Positions 43,738 through 54,479 of a DNA stretch of 64,000 nt are shown one piece after another; within the stretch, counting starts at the first letter, position 1; every line of letters starts with the position of its first letter. A model generated the notes under the pieces. That model was not told the DNA's origin, made no database searches, and was given only the letters and a program-made list of their open reading frames with translations. A program made the translations under genes and the position numbers. This DNA is from Marvinbryantia sp. GTDB lineage: Bacteria > Bacillota > Clostridia > Lachnospirales > Lachnospiraceae. The DNA is taken from positions 1,263 to 65,262 of the forward strand of contig JBMNRF010000012.1 of NCBI GenBank assembly GCA_050944495.1. The letters are read 5' to 3'.

Positions 43738-46497
43738 TTGAGTATAAACAAAAACACAAACGAGGAAAAAAACTATCGTAAAAATGTGGTCAAACCGGTA
43801 TCGGGGACCTCTGAAAGCCGCATAAACACTGGGTTTTCGGGGGATATTAGTGCTTTAACGCCCATGATGAAACAGTATCTGGAAACAAAGCATCAGTATC
43901 AGGATTGTATTTTATTTTATCGTCTCGGCGATTTCTATGAGATGTTTTTTGAGGATGCCCTTGTGGCATCGCGGGAACTTGAGATTACGCTGACCGGAAA
44001 AAATTGCGGACAGGAGGAACGGGCACCGATGTGCGGCGTTCCTTTTCATGCTGTCGATAACTATCTGAACAAGCTAGTATCAAAAGGCTATAAGGTAGCT
44101 ATTTGTGAACAGGTAGAAGATCCAAAGACTGCCAAAGGAATTGTAAAACGGGATGTAGTACGTATCGTTACTCCTGGAACGAATCTGAATACGCTGGCGT
44201 TGGATGAAACACGCAACAACTATCTGATGTGCATTGTCTGCATGTCAGACCGATACGGTATTTCTATTGCTGATATTTCTACCGGCGATTATCTGGTGAC
44301 AGAGGTAGAAACTGTACGCAAGTTAAGCGATGAAATCAGCAAGTTTTCTCCAACGGAGATCATTTGCAACCAGTCGCTGCTGATGAGTGGACTGGATATA
44401 TCTGATCTGAAATTGCGTCTCGGTATTACCGTCTATACGTTAGATGACTGGTATTTTGATGATGAACTGTGTCGCCGCGCGCTGACAGAGCATTTTCAGA
44501 CTTCCGGACTTGACGGTCTGGGGCTTGGGGATTTTAACTGCGGTGTGATTGCCTCCGGAGCGCTGCTGCAATATTTGATTGAGACGCAAAAAACGGCTAT
44601 TTCCAATCTAACGAAATTAACACCGTATATCTGCGGAAAATATATGGTACTTGACAGTTCTACCAGGCGTAATCTGGAACTCTGCGAGACCTTGCGTGAA
44701 AAGCAGAAGAGAGGTTCTCTTTTATGGGTACTGGATAAAACCAAAACGGCAATGGGTGCGCGGATGCTGCGCGGATTTCTGGAACAGCCACTGATTGATA
44801 TTGAAGAGATTGAACGCCGCCAGGAAGCAGTCGCGGAGCTTTGTCAAAATGCGATCGCGCGGGAAGAAATCCGTGAGTATTTAAATCCAGTCTATGATCT
44901 GGAGCGTCTGATCAGTAAGATCAGTTATCAGTCTGCCAATCCGCGCGATTTAATCGCCTTTAAAAGTTCTCTTTCCATGCTGCCACATATTCGATTGATT
45001 ATGGGTGATTTTAAAAGTGAATTATTAAATGGTTTACGTGAGGATATGGATGAACTGCAAGATCTCTGCAGCCTGATCGAACGGGCGATCATGGAAGAAC
45101 CTCCAATCTCCGTGCGGGAAGGCAATATTATCCGTGAGGGCTTTCACGAAGAAATTGACCGTCTCAGAAATGCGAAAACAGAAGGAAAAACCTGGCTTGC
45201 CGAGCTGGAAGCAAAAGAACGTGATAAAACCGGTATTAAGGGTTTAAAAATAAAATATAATCGTGTCTTCGGCTATTATCTGGAAGTTACAAATTCCTAC
45301 AAGGATCTGGTACCGGATTATTTTACACGCAAGCAGACGCTTGCGAATGCAGAGCGTTACATCACACCGGAATTAAAAGAATTGGAGGACATTATCCTCG
45401 GTGCCGAGGATCGTCTGGTTTCACTGGAATATGATCTTTTCTGTGAAGTACGCGACGCCATTGGTGCAGAAATTCTGCGTATTCAAAAAACAGCCAAGGC
45501 GATCGCCGGAATTGATGTATTTGCCTCACTTTCCCTGGTAGCGGAACAGAATAATTATGTCCGTCCGAAGATGAACACCAAGGGTGTTATTCAGATCCAT
45601 GAAGGACGTCATCCGGTTGTAGAAAAAATGATTACCAATGATATGTTTATCGCTAACGATACAATGTTGGATAACGGCAAGAACCGTATTTCTATCATCA
45701 CCGGACCGAATATGGCTGGAAAATCAACTTATATGAGACAAACAGCACTGATTGTGTTGATGGCGCAGATTGGTTCGTTTGTTCCTGCTGCCAATGCAAA
45801 AATTGGAATCGTTGATCGTATTTTTACGCGAGTCGGTGCATCGGACGATCTGGCCAGCGGTCAAAGTACATTTATGGTAGAAATGACGGAAGTGGCCAAT
45901 ATCCTGCGAAATGCGACTTCAGACAGTCTGCTGATTCTGGATGAGATAGGGCGTGGTACAAGTACATTTGATGGTCTTTCTATTGCCTGGGCGGTGGTAG
46001 AGCATATCAGCAACGCCCGACTTCTTGGAGCGAAAACTCTTTTTGCCACGCATTATCATGAATTGACAGAGCTGGAAGGTAAACTTTCCGGCGTAAATAA
46101 TTATTGTATTGCTGTAAAAGAACGCGGCGATGATATCGTCTTTCTTCGTAAAATTGTGAAAGGCGGAGCAGACAAGAGTTATGGTATCCAGGTGGCTAAA
46201 CTGGCCGGTGTACCGGACAGTGTGATTGAGCGCGCCAAAGAACTGGTACAGGAATTAAGCGACAATGATATCACGGAGACAGTGCGCGAGGGAAAGGAAA
46301 TTCCTTCCAGCACCCGTCCGAAATGTAAAAAATATGATCAAATGGATCTTGATCAAATGAGTTTGTTTGACACTGTCAGCGATGAAGATGTTTTAAATGA
46401 ATTAAAGGAACTGGAAATTTCCACGTTGACGCCGCTGGAAGCTCTAAATGTGTTGAATCGTCTGCAGAGCAGACTGAAAAACCGGTGGCAGAATTAA
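43738..46497 (+). CDS. mutS: DNA mismatch repair protein MutS
   Basis: 919 aa. N-terminal mismatch-binding TPMMKQYLE...FYRLGDFYEMF, Walker A GPNMAGKST, DEIGRGTSTFDG. TTG start at 43738; an alternative ATG at 43864 would remove a 42-aa extension. Confidence 0.95.
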   Translation: MSINKNTNEEKNYRKNVVKPVSGTSESRINTGFSGDISALTPMMKQYLETKHQYQDCILFYRLGDFYEMFFEDALVASRELEITLTGKNCGQEERAPMCGVPFHAVDNYLNKLVSKGYKVAICEQVEDPKTAKGIVKRDVVRIVTPGTNLNTLALDETRNNYLMCIVCMSDRYGISIADISTGDYLVTEVETVRKLSDEISKFSPTEIICNQSLLMSGLDISDLKLRLGITVYTLDDWYFDDELCRRALTEHFQTSGLDGLGLGDFNCGVIASGALLQYLIETQKTAISNLTKLTPYICGKYMVLDSSTRRNLELCETLREKQKRGSLLWVLDKTKTAMGARMLRGFLEQPLIDIEEIERRQEAVAELCQNAIAREEIREYLNPVYDLERLISKISYQSANPRDLIAFKSSLSMLPHIRLIMGDFKSELLNGLREDMDELQDLCSLIERAIMEEPPISVREGNIIREGFHEEIDRLRNAKTEGKTWLAELEAKERDKTGIKGLKIKYNRVFGYYLEVTNSYKDLVPDYFTRKQTLANAERYITPELKELEDIILGAEDRLVSLEYDLFCEVRDAIGAEILRIQKTAKAIAGIDVFASLSLVAEQNNYVRPKMNTKGVIQIHEGRHPVVEKMITNDMFIANDTMLDNGKNRISIITGPNMAGKSTYMRQTALIVLMAQIGSFVPAANAKIGIVDRIFTRVGASDDLASGQSTFMVEMTEVANILRNATSDSLLILDEIGRGTSTFDGLSIAWAVVEHISNARLLGAKTLFATHYHELTELEGKLSGVNNYCIAVKERGDDIVFLRKIVKGGADKSYGIQVAKLAGVPDSVIERAKELVQELSDNDITETVREGKEIPSSTRPKCKKYDQMDLDQMSLFDTVSDEDVLNELKELEISTLTPLEALNVLNRLQSRLKNRWQN

Positions 46498-46508
46498 AGG
46501 AGCAATTT

Positions 46509-48548
46509 ATGAATCAGATTGCAGTTCTAGACCAGAGTACAATAGATAAAATTGCGGCCGGAGAAGTAATCGAACGCCCGGCCTCGATCGTGAAAGAGCT
46601 TGTGGAAAATGCTATTGACGCCGGAGCCAATGCAATAACCATTGAAATCAAAGAAGGCGGAATTTCTTTTATCCGCATTACTGATAACGGTATGGGAATT
46701 GCGGCAAAGCAGATTCCAACTGCATTTCTTCGCCATGCAACCAGTAAGATCCGCGTAGTTGAGGATCTGTTAGACGTGACATCTCTAGGCTTTCGCGGCG
46801 AGGCACTTTCAAGCATTGCGGCTGTCTGCCAGGTAGAACTGATTTCAAAGACGCCGGAAAGTCTGACTGGCACACGGTATTTGATCGAGGGAGGTAAAGA
46901 AAAAAGCATCGAGGAAATCGGTGCTCCGTCCGGTACTACATTCTTGGTGCGCAATATCTTTTATAATACACCAGCGCGGAAAAAATTTTTAAAATCGGCA
47001 CAAACTGAGGCTGGTTATATCAGTGATATTGTGGAGCGAATCGCATTGTCCCATCCAGAGATTTCTTTTAAATTTATCGCTAACGGGCAGACGAAACTGC
47101 ACACTTCCGGCAACCATAATTTAAAAGATGTGATTTATCATGTGTTCGGACGTGATATTGCAGCTAATCTGGTGGAAATTGATGCAAAATGCGATTTTGT
47201 CCATATCCGTGGATTTATCGGTAAACCCGTGATCTCACGCGGCAACCGCAATTATGAAAATTATTTTGTAAACGGGCGGTATATTCGCAGCAATATTATC
47301 TCTAAGGGAATCGAAGATGCTTACCATACGTTTATGATGAAGCATAAATACCCGTTTACAGCACTGCAGCTTACGATTGATGGCGATCAGCTCGATATCA
47401 ATGTCCATCCAACAAAGATGGAACTGCGCTTTGCACAAAATGAACAGATGTACCACTTTGTCTATGAGACAGTGCGCAATGCGCTCACGAACCGTGAAAT
47501 GATCGTACAGGTCAGTGTAGGTAAAGACGAAAAAAATACAACTTTGCCAAAACTTGTGAAACAGCCGATTCCGGAACCTTTTGAAGTAAAACGACGTCAG
47601 ATGGAGTCTGCCATATCCCAGCCGGTATCGCTTGCCAAAGAATCTGCGCCACGGATGGCAGTGCAGCCGCCGGTAATACAGACAACGCCGAAACTACCGG
47701 AAACGGAGCGTTCCAGCACAGCACACAAATTTTTAAATCATAATCCGTATGCAGACAACGCGCCGTTAAAGGCAGAAAACCTGCCGCAAAAAGAGAATGG
47801 CAGTCAGAAAACGTCCTTTCCAGCTGTAGATAGAGCAGATAACACCTACAAGATCACACCGAATACCTCAAAAGTCGCAGATTCGACTGTACATTCTTAT
47901 GTAAATAAACAGCCGATCATGCAGGAACAGCTCAATCTTTTTGACAACAAGTTACTCTCGAAGGAGAATATCAAAGAGCACCGGATCATCGGCCAGCTTT
48001 TTGATACATACTGGCTAGTACAGTTTCAGGACAAGCTTTTTATTATTGATCAGCATGCCGCTCACGAAAAGGTACTGTATGAGCGAATGATGAAATCATT
48101 GAAGAAACGTGAATATACTTCACAAAACATCAATCCACCTGTGATTTTAACACTCAGTATGGCAGAAGTTGCCATTCTGCAAAAATATCAGAAACGCTTT
48201 GAAGAAATCGGGTTTGAAATTGAGGAATTCGGCGGAAAAGAATATGCTCTGCGCGCCGTGCCGGACAATCTGTTCGGATTGGCGCAGGAAGATCTGTTTC
48301 TGGAGATGCTGGACAGTCTGTCTGGACCAACAGATGCGGTATCACTTGAAAGTATGGATGAAAAAATTGCCTCCATGTCCTGCAAAGCAGCAGTGAAAGG
48401 AAACGCCAGAATTTCCATAGCTGAAATCCATGCCTTGATTGATGAACTTATGACACTGGAAAACCCCTATAACTGTCCGCACGGCAGACCAACGATCATT
48501 TCAATGTCAAAATATGATATAGAACGAAAGTTTAAGAGAATTGTCTGA
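46509..48548 (+). CDS. mutL: DNA mismatch repair endonuclease MutL
   Basis: ATG 46509 follows AAGGAG. GHKL N-terminus IAAGEVIERPASIVKELVENAIDAGA. C-terminal endonuclease motifs DQHAAHEKVLYE and CPHGRP. Confidence 0.95.
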   Translation: MNQIAVLDQSTIDKIAAGEVIERPASIVKELVENAIDAGANAITIEIKEGGISFIRITDNGMGIAAKQIPTAFLRHATSKIRVVEDLLDVTSLGFRGEALSSIAAVCQVELISKTPESLTGTRYLIEGGKEKSIEEIGAPSGTTFLVRNIFYNTPARKKFLKSAQTEAGYISDIVERIALSHPEISFKFIANGQTKLHTSGNHNLKDVIYHVFGRDIAANLVEIDAKCDFVHIRGFIGKPVISRGNRNYENYFVNGRYIRSNIISKGIEDAYHTFMMKHKYPFTALQLTIDGDQLDINVHPTKMELRFAQNEQMYHFVYETVRNALTNREMIVQVSVGKDEKNTTLPKLVKQPIPEPFEVKRRQMESAISQPVSLAKESAPRMAVQPPVIQTTPKLPETERSSTAHKFLNHNPYADNAPLKAENLPQKENGSQKTSFPAVDRADNTYKITPNTSKVADSTVHSYVNKQPIMQEQLNLFDNKLLSKENIKEHRIIGQLFDTYWLVQFQDKLFIIDQHAAHEKVLYERMMKSLKKREYTSQNINPPVILTLSMAEVAILQKYQKRFEEIGFEIEEFGGKEYALRAVPDNLFGLAQEDLFLEMLDSLSGPTDAVSLESMDEKIASMSCKAAVKGNARISIAEIHALIDELMTLENPYNCPHGRPTIISMSKYDIERKFKRIV

Positions 48549-48564
48549 CAGAGGAGAACAGGAA

Positions 48565-49518
48565 ATGAAAAAGAAACCGCTTATCATTTTGACCGGTCCT
48601 ACAGCAGTGGGCAAAACAGCGCTGTCTATCTCGCTTGCCAAGGCTGTAGGCGGAGAAATCATTTCCGCTGATTCTATGCAAGTATACAAGGGTATGAACA
48701 TTGGATCGGCAAAAATTATGCCAGAAGAAATGCAGAATGTGCCACATTATTTGATTGATGAACTGGAACCGAATGAAGAATTTCATGTGGTATTGTTTCA
48801 GCAACTGGCAAAAAAATATATGCAGCAGATTTGGGCGAAAGGGAAAATTCCGATTCTGGTAGGCGGAACCGGTTTTTATATCCAGGCGGTGCTCTATGAT
48901 ATTGATTTCACAGCCAACGAAAGCGACGAATCCTGGAGACAGGAAATGGAACGGCTGGCTCTTGAAAAAGGCGCTTCATACCTGCATCAAATGCTGCAAA
49001 AGGTTGACCCGAAGGCAGCTGATGAAATCCATGAAAATAATGTCAAGCGTGTAATCCGCGCTCTGGAATATTATAAAGAAAGCGGAGAGCCGATCTCCGC
49101 GCATAATGCCAGAGAGAGAAAAAAAGAATCCCCGTACAATGCCGTTTATTTTGTTTTAAATCAGGATCGGCAGATACTTTATGAGCGCATTAACCGGCGT
49201 GTTGATCAGATGCTAGAGAACGGACTTTTAGATGAGGTAAAATGTCTGCAGCAAAAAGGCTATACGCGTGACATGGTTTCTATGCAGGGACTTGGATATA
49301 AGGAAATCCTTGATTATCTGAACGGGACGTGTACCTTTGAGGAAGCTGTTTATCGATTGAAACGTGATACGCGCCATTTTGCCAAACGACAGCTAACCTG
49401 GTTCAAACGGGAACGTAGTATCATCTGGCTGAATCGTGAGGAGTATGAAAATGAAGAAGCGATATTAGAAGCAATGAAAAACGAAATAGAAAAGAGGAAG
49501 ATTATGTCATGTCAATAA
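48565..49518 (+). CDS. miaA: tRNA dimethylallyltransferase MiaA
   Basis: ATG 48565 follows GAGGAG. P-loop GPTAVGKTALS, then SADSMQVYKGMNIGSAK. Confidence 0.9.
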   Translation: MKKKPLIILTGPTAVGKTALSISLAKAVGGEIISADSMQVYKGMNIGSAKIMPEEMQNVPHYLIDELEPNEEFHVVLFQQLAKKYMQQIWAKGKIPILVGGTGFYIQAVLYDIDFTANESDESWRQEMERLALEKGASYLHQMLQKVDPKAADEIHENNVKRVIRALEYYKESGEPISAHNARERKKESPYNAVYFVLNQDRQILYERINRRVDQMLENGLLDEVKCLQQKGYTRDMVSMQGLGYKEILDYLNGTCTFEEAVYRLKRDTRHFAKRQLTWFKRERSIIWLNREEYENEEAILEAMKNEIEKRKIMSCQ

Positions 49519-50804
49519 GCATATTGGAAGGAATGTACCGTGAACTGGGCATACAGCCGGAGGTTTATCAGTTTGCGCAAAACATAGAGGAGACATTAAA
49601 AAAACGTTTTACAGAAATTGATGAAACGGCAGAGTATAATCAGTTAAAAGTAGTCCGCGCCATGCAGAAATGCCGTGTCAGCGCGGAATGTTTCGGCTCA
49701 GGAACCGGATACGGTTATGATGATATCGGTCGTGACACATTAGAAGAAGTGTATGCAGCTGTCTTTCATACAGAGGCTGCTCTTGTGCGTGCGCAGATCA
49801 CCTGCGGCACTCATGCATTGGCGACAGCACTGGCCGGAAATCTACGTCCGGGTGATGAAATGATTTCGATCTCAGGAAAGCCATATGACACTTTGGAAGA
49901 GGTGATCGGTATTCGTCCATCGAACGGCTCCCTGGCAGAATATGGCGTAACCTATAAACAGGTAAATCTGCTCGATGACGGAAATTTTGATTTTGAGGGA
50001 ATCAAAAATGCGATTAGTACAAAGACAAAACTGATAGAGATTCAGCGTTCCAAAGGTTATCAGACACGTCCGACGCTTTCCGTATCACAGATTGCAGAGG
50101 CAGTCCGATTTGTGAAGGAGATTCGTAAAGATATTATCGTCATGGTAGACAACTGTTACGGTGAATTTGTAGAAAAAATCGAACCGAGCGATTTCGGTGC
50201 GGATATGATTGTCGGTTCTCTAATCAAAAATCCTGGTGGTGGACTGGCACCAATCGGAGGCTATATTGCCGGAACAAAGCAGTGCATTGAAAACGCTGCA
50301 TACCGTCTGACTTCTCCTGGACTCGGGAAAGAGGTAGGGGCGTCACTCGGTGTAAACCGCAGCTTTTTTCAGGGACTTTTTCTGGCTCCGACGGTTACTG
50401 CCGGGGCTTTAAAAGGAGCAATTTTTGCAGCGAATATTTATGAAAAGCTTGGATTTAAGGTAGTACCAAATGCTCAAGAGAGCCGCCATGATATTATTCA
50501 GGCGGTGGAATTTGGCTCACCGGAAGGTCTGATTGCTTTTTGTGAGGGAATCCAGGCAGCAGCACCGGTAGACAGCTATGTAACTCCGGAACCATGGGCA
50601 ATGCCGGGCTATGACAGCAATGTAATTATGGCCGCAGGTGCTTTCATTCAGGGTTCTTCGATTGAACTAAGTGCAGACGGTCCGCTAAAAGAGCCGTACG
50701 CAGCGTATTTTCAGGGAGGACTCACCTGGGAGCATGCAAAATTCGGTATTATCCGTTCGTTGCAGCAGCTGGTAAACAAAGGTCTTGTTACACTGGAGAA
50801 ATAA
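49509..50804 (+). CDS. methionine gamma-lyase-family / 'aluminium resistance' protein (YnbB-like)
   Basis: 431 aa. Overlaps miaA by 10 nt. Has the typical family start ...IDETAEYNQLKVVRAMQKCRVSAECF and a PLP-fold body. Confidence 0.75.
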   Translation: MSISILEGMYRELGIQPEVYQFAQNIEETLKKRFTEIDETAEYNQLKVVRAMQKCRVSAECFGSGTGYGYDDIGRDTLEEVYAAVFHTEAALVRAQITCGTHALATALAGNLRPGDEMISISGKPYDTLEEVIGIRPSNGSLAEYGVTYKQVNLLDDGNFDFEGIKNAISTKTKLIEIQRSKGYQTRPTLSVSQIAEAVRFVKEIRKDIIVMVDNCYGEFVEKIEPSDFGADMIVGSLIKNPGGGLAPIGGYIAGTKQCIENAAYRLTSPGLGKEVGASLGVNRSFFQGLFLAPTVTAGALKGAIFAANIYEKLGFKVVPNAQESRHDIIQAVEFGSPEGLIAFCEGIQAAAPVDSYVTPEPWAMPGYDSNVIMAAGAFIQGSSIELSADGPLKEPYAAYFQGGLTWEHAKFGIIRSLQQLVNKGLVTLEK

Positions 50805-52043
50805 ATGAAGAAAATCATTGTGATCGGAGCCGGAGCTTCTGGTATGATGGCGGCAATTACAGCCGCCGGATGCGGAGCTTCGGTTACCCTTTTAGAAGGA
50901 ATGGAAAAACCGGGAAAAAAATTGCTGATTACTGGCAGCGGTCGATGTAATCTGACAAATTTGAATCAGGCACGTGCGGATGCATACCGCAGTATGTATC
51001 CTGAGGCTGCGCGCAAAGTAATTGATCTGTTTTCCGCCGAAAAAACGATATCGTTCTTTGAACAACTTGGCTTACTAACAACAAATCGAGACGGCTATAT
51101 ATATCCATACTCCGGACAGTCCTCTTCGGTGCTTGATGTTCTCCTGAGGGAACTGAAAAAATGTTCAGTGAAACTAAAGTGTACAGAAAAAGTACAGGCA
51201 ATTTATCGGGATCAAATCGGTTGGAAAGTACAGACACCGGGATGGATCTACGAAGCAGATGCAGTAATCCTGACCGGTGGTTCCAAGGCCGCATCCACGA
51301 CCGGTTCTGACGGAAGTGCTTATACATTGGCTAAAAAACTTGGTCATACCATACGAATGCCCCTTCCTGCACTGGTACCGCTAAAAGTGAAGGAACAATG
51401 GGTACGGAAGTTCTCAGGTCTTCGAATGTCGGCAGAAATTACGTTGACTATTTCAAAAATGCCTTATGATGCATATTCGAAAAAAAGAAAGTTTAGGGAA
51501 TCCGGTGAACTGCAATGGACGGATTACGGGATTTCCGGTATTGTTGTATTTCAGCTCAGCCGTTATGCCGCTGAGGCTTTAGAAGCAGGTAAAACAGCTT
51601 CCATCAGTATCAATTTGTTTCCAAATTGGAACAAAGACACCCTGATTGCACATTTACGACAGCGCAGCACAGACGGAAACTGCGAAGAATTTTTATATGG
51701 ACTTCTGCCCAAAAAAGCGATTTTGCCGATTCTGGAACACCTGAAAATAAAGCCGAATGAAAAGGCAAAAAAGCAGTTTCCGCAAAAGGCGGAAATACTG
51801 GCGGAATTGTTAACAAATCTGCCGCTTACCGTTACGGGAACACAACCCTTTGAGCAGGCGCAGGCCTGTCAGGGCGGCGTGGATCTGGCAGAGATTGATA
51901 TCCGTACAATGGAATCCAGATTACATTCCGGTCTTTATTTTGCCGGAGAAGTCCTCGACGTGGACGGTATCTGTGGCGGCTATAATTTACAGTGGGCGTG
52001 GAGCAGCGGACATCTTGCGGGAATAAGCTGCGGCAGGAAATAA
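50805..52043 (+). CDS. NAD(P)/FAD-dependent oxidoreductase, HI0933/BaiN family
   Basis: 412 aa. Dinucleotide fold IIVIGAGASGMMAAITAA and the family motif GSGRCNLTN. Confidence 0.8.
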   Translation: MKKIIVIGAGASGMMAAITAAGCGASVTLLEGMEKPGKKLLITGSGRCNLTNLNQARADAYRSMYPEAARKVIDLFSAEKTISFFEQLGLLTTNRDGYIYPYSGQSSSVLDVLLRELKKCSVKLKCTEKVQAIYRDQIGWKVQTPGWIYEADAVILTGGSKAASTTGSDGSAYTLAKKLGHTIRMPLPALVPLKVKEQWVRKFSGLRMSAEITLTISKMPYDAYSKKRKFRESGELQWTDYGISGIVVFQLSRYAAEALEAGKTASISINLFPNWNKDTLIAHLRQRSTDGNCEEFLYGLLPKKAILPILEHLKIKPNEKAKKQFPQKAEILAELLTNLPLTVTGTQPFEQAQACQGGVDLAEIDIRTMESRLHSGLYFAGEVLDVDGICGGYNLQWAWSSGHLAGISCGRK

Positions 52044-52060
52044 AAATAATAGGAGTTCAT

Positions 52061-53653
52061 ATGCTTAGATTACAACAAATCCGGCTTCCGCTGGATTATA
52101 CGGATACTACTTTAAAACAGGTAGCAGCCAAGGAACTGCGAATTACACCGGATCAGATTTCAGCAGTGGAACTTGTACGCCGTTCTCTTGACGCACGCAA
52201 AAAGCAGGACATTCATTATAGCGCGATTCTGGATGTACAGACTGCTCAAGAAAAAATCATTCTGAAAAAATGTAAAAAAGCGACAATCAGCGCAGTAAAA
52301 AATACTTTTTATCAGTATCCAAAGCCCGGAGAGCAGAAATTAAATCACCGTCCGGTGATTGCTGGCAGTGGTCCGGCCGGTCTATTCTGTGGTCTGATTC
52401 TGGCCAGATGTGGATATCAACCACTTATTTTAGAGCGCGGCGAAAATATGGAGAAGCGTAGCCATACTGTACAAAATTTCTGGGACACAGGGAAACTTGA
52501 TCCAAAATCAAATGTTCAGTTTGGCGAGGGCGGTGCCGGAACTTTCTCAGATGGTAAACTGAATACGATGGTAAAGGACCGCGAGGGCCGCAGCCGCTTT
52601 GTACTGGAAACGTTTGTAAATGCCGGCGCGCATGCAGAAATTCTTTATGTAAATAAACCACATATCGGTACAGATATTCTGCAAAATGTAGTAAAAAATA
52701 TTCGTCTGGAAATTGAACGTCTCGGAGGAGAGGTTCGTTTTGGCGCACAGGTAACAGAACTGGAAACTGAGAACGGACGAATGAAAGCTGTTATTGTCAA
52801 TAAGACGGAGCGAATCGACTGCCAGATATTTGTTGCAGCGATCGGTCACAGTGCCAGAGATACCTTTGCCATGCTGACAAAGCATCCGCTTCGAATAGAG
52901 CCCAAACCATTTGCGGTGGGTGTACGCGTGGAGCATCCGCAGGAGATGATAAATCGCTCGCAGTACGGCATTGCCGAACATTCATGTCTGGCGGCAGCTG
53001 ATTATAAACTGACCGCAAAACTTTCTGACGGACGAGGAATTTATTCGTTTTGTATGTGTCCGGGCGGATATGTGGTCAATGCGTCTTCAGAAAAAGGAAT
53101 GTTGGCAGTAAATGGAATGAGCTATCATGCTCGTGACAGCCGCAATGCCAACAGCGCAATTGTTCTTACTGTTACACCGCAAGACTTCGGTTCTTCTGAT
53201 GTTCTCGCCGGCGTTGAGTTCCAGCGGAAACTGGAAAAAATGGCTTATCAAGTCGGAAACGGACAGATTCCGGCACAGCTGTTCGGAGATTTCTGCCAAA
53301 AAAAAGAAAGTACTGCATTTGGGGAAGTGTTCCCATGTACAAAAGGAGCCTGTCGTCTAACTAATCTTCGTGAAGCACTTCCCGAATTTATTGGAAACGG
53401 ATTGGAAGAAGGAATTCTGCAATTTGAAAAAAAGATTACCGGATTTGCCAGAAAGGATGCTCTGTTGCTAGGTGTGGAAAGCCGTACTTCCTCCCCGGTA
53501 CGAATCGCAAGAAATGAGAGTCGTATGGCAGAATTATTTGGGTTTTATCCCTGTGGTGAAGGCGCAGGGTACGCAGGAGGCATTACTTCAGCGGCAATGG
53601 ATGGCATAAAAACAGCTGAAGCAATTGTCGGACAGTTTTCTCCAATTCACTAA
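52061..53653 (+). CDS. FAD-dependent dehydrogenase (COG2509-like)
   Basis: ATG 52061 follows AGGAG. PVIAGSGPAGLFCGLILARCGYQPLILERG. C-terminal GEGAGYAGGITSAAMDG. Confidence 0.75.
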   Translation: MLRLQQIRLPLDYTDTTLKQVAAKELRITPDQISAVELVRRSLDARKKQDIHYSAILDVQTAQEKIILKKCKKATISAVKNTFYQYPKPGEQKLNHRPVIAGSGPAGLFCGLILARCGYQPLILERGENMEKRSHTVQNFWDTGKLDPKSNVQFGEGGAGTFSDGKLNTMVKDREGRSRFVLETFVNAGAHAEILYVNKPHIGTDILQNVVKNIRLEIERLGGEVRFGAQVTELETENGRMKAVIVNKTERIDCQIFVAAIGHSARDTFAMLTKHPLRIEPKPFAVGVRVEHPQEMINRSQYGIAEHSCLAAADYKLTAKLSDGRGIYSFCMCPGGYVVNASSEKGMLAVNGMSYHARDSRNANSAIVLTVTPQDFGSSDVLAGVEFQRKLEKMAYQVGNGQIPAQLFGDFCQKKESTAFGEVFPCTKGACRLTNLREALPEFIGNGLEEGILQFEKKITGFARKDALLLGVESRTSSPVRIARNESRMAELFGFYPCGEGAGYAGGITSAAMDGIKTAEAIVGQFSPIH

Positions 53654-53770
53654 ATTTTAAGGATTCAGAACTATACTTTTGAGAACAATTATGCTATGAT
53701 ACAGTTGATTATGGTATAAATTTATAGTGTGTTATTTTGTTTTCCTGCCGGGAAACATATCGGTATTACC

Positions 53771-54463
53771 ATGAATCATTCTACCGTAAAGGAGCTTCCA
53801 AATGCGGAACGCCCCTATGAAAAATGTCTGAAGTTCGGCCCCGGACGCCTGTCAGATGCAGAACTGCTTGCAGTGATCTTACGGACAGGAACTAGGGGTT
53901 TGACATCTGTCGAACTGGCACAAGAAATACTGAAGAGATCGAAAAAACATGCCGGGCTGCTTGGTCTTCATCATCTTACTGTTCAAGATCTATGTAAAAT
54001 CAAGGGTGTAGGTACGGTCAAGGCAGTTCAGATTCGCTGTATCACAGAATTATCAAGAAGAATAGCAAAAGCAGCTGCAGGGGATGGAATTTCTTTTCAC
54101 AGCGCCTCCGCGATTGCAGAATATTATATGGAAGATTTCCGGCATCTGGAACAGGAACAGGTGCTGCTTCTGATGTTTGATACGCGCTGTCGTCTTCTTG
54201 GAGAAACAGTGATTTCCAGGGGAACGGTAAACCAGTCTCTGCTTTCACCGCGTGAAATTTTTCTGTGTGCTTTGAATTACCACGCTGTCGGTATCATTTT
54301 GCTGCACAATCATCCAAGCGGAGATGCCACACCAAGCAATGAAGATTTTAAAATCACGCGGCGAATGAAAGATTCCGGAGAATTGCTTGGGATTGAACTT
54401 CTCGATCATATTGTGATCGGTGACAGATGTTATTTCAGTTTTCGGGAGACGGGAAGTATGTAA
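53771..54463 (+). CDS. radC: RadC-family JAB-domain protein
   Basis: ATG 53771. PYEKCLKFGPGRLSDAELLAVILRTG, HhH KIKGVGTVKA, JAMM motif LLHNHPSGDATPS. Confidence 0.9.
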   Translation: MNHSTVKELPNAERPYEKCLKFGPGRLSDAELLAVILRTGTRGLTSVELAQEILKRSKKHAGLLGLHHLTVQDLCKIKGVGTVKAVQIRCITELSRRIAKAAAGDGISFHSASAIAEYYMEDFRHLEQEQVLLLMFDTRCRLLGETVISRGTVNQSLLSPREIFLCALNYHAVGIILLHNHPSGDATPSNEDFKITRRMKDSGELLGIELLDHIVIGDRCYFSFRETGSM

Positions 54464-54479
54464 TTACGAGGGATAAAAA

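Noticed and set aside
43738-43866. 42-residue N-terminal extension of MutS from a TTG start
   Set aside because: I cannot decide between TTG 43738 (which has a GAGAGAGG RBS) and ATG 43864 without homologue alignment. The extension has no recognisable feature, so it is treated as start-site uncertainty only.
49480-49520. Looked for hfq, which often follows miaA in Firmicutes
   Set aside because: miaA and the next gene overlap by 10 nt, so no hfq fits here. Absence in one window says nothing about the genome, so it is not reported as a finding.
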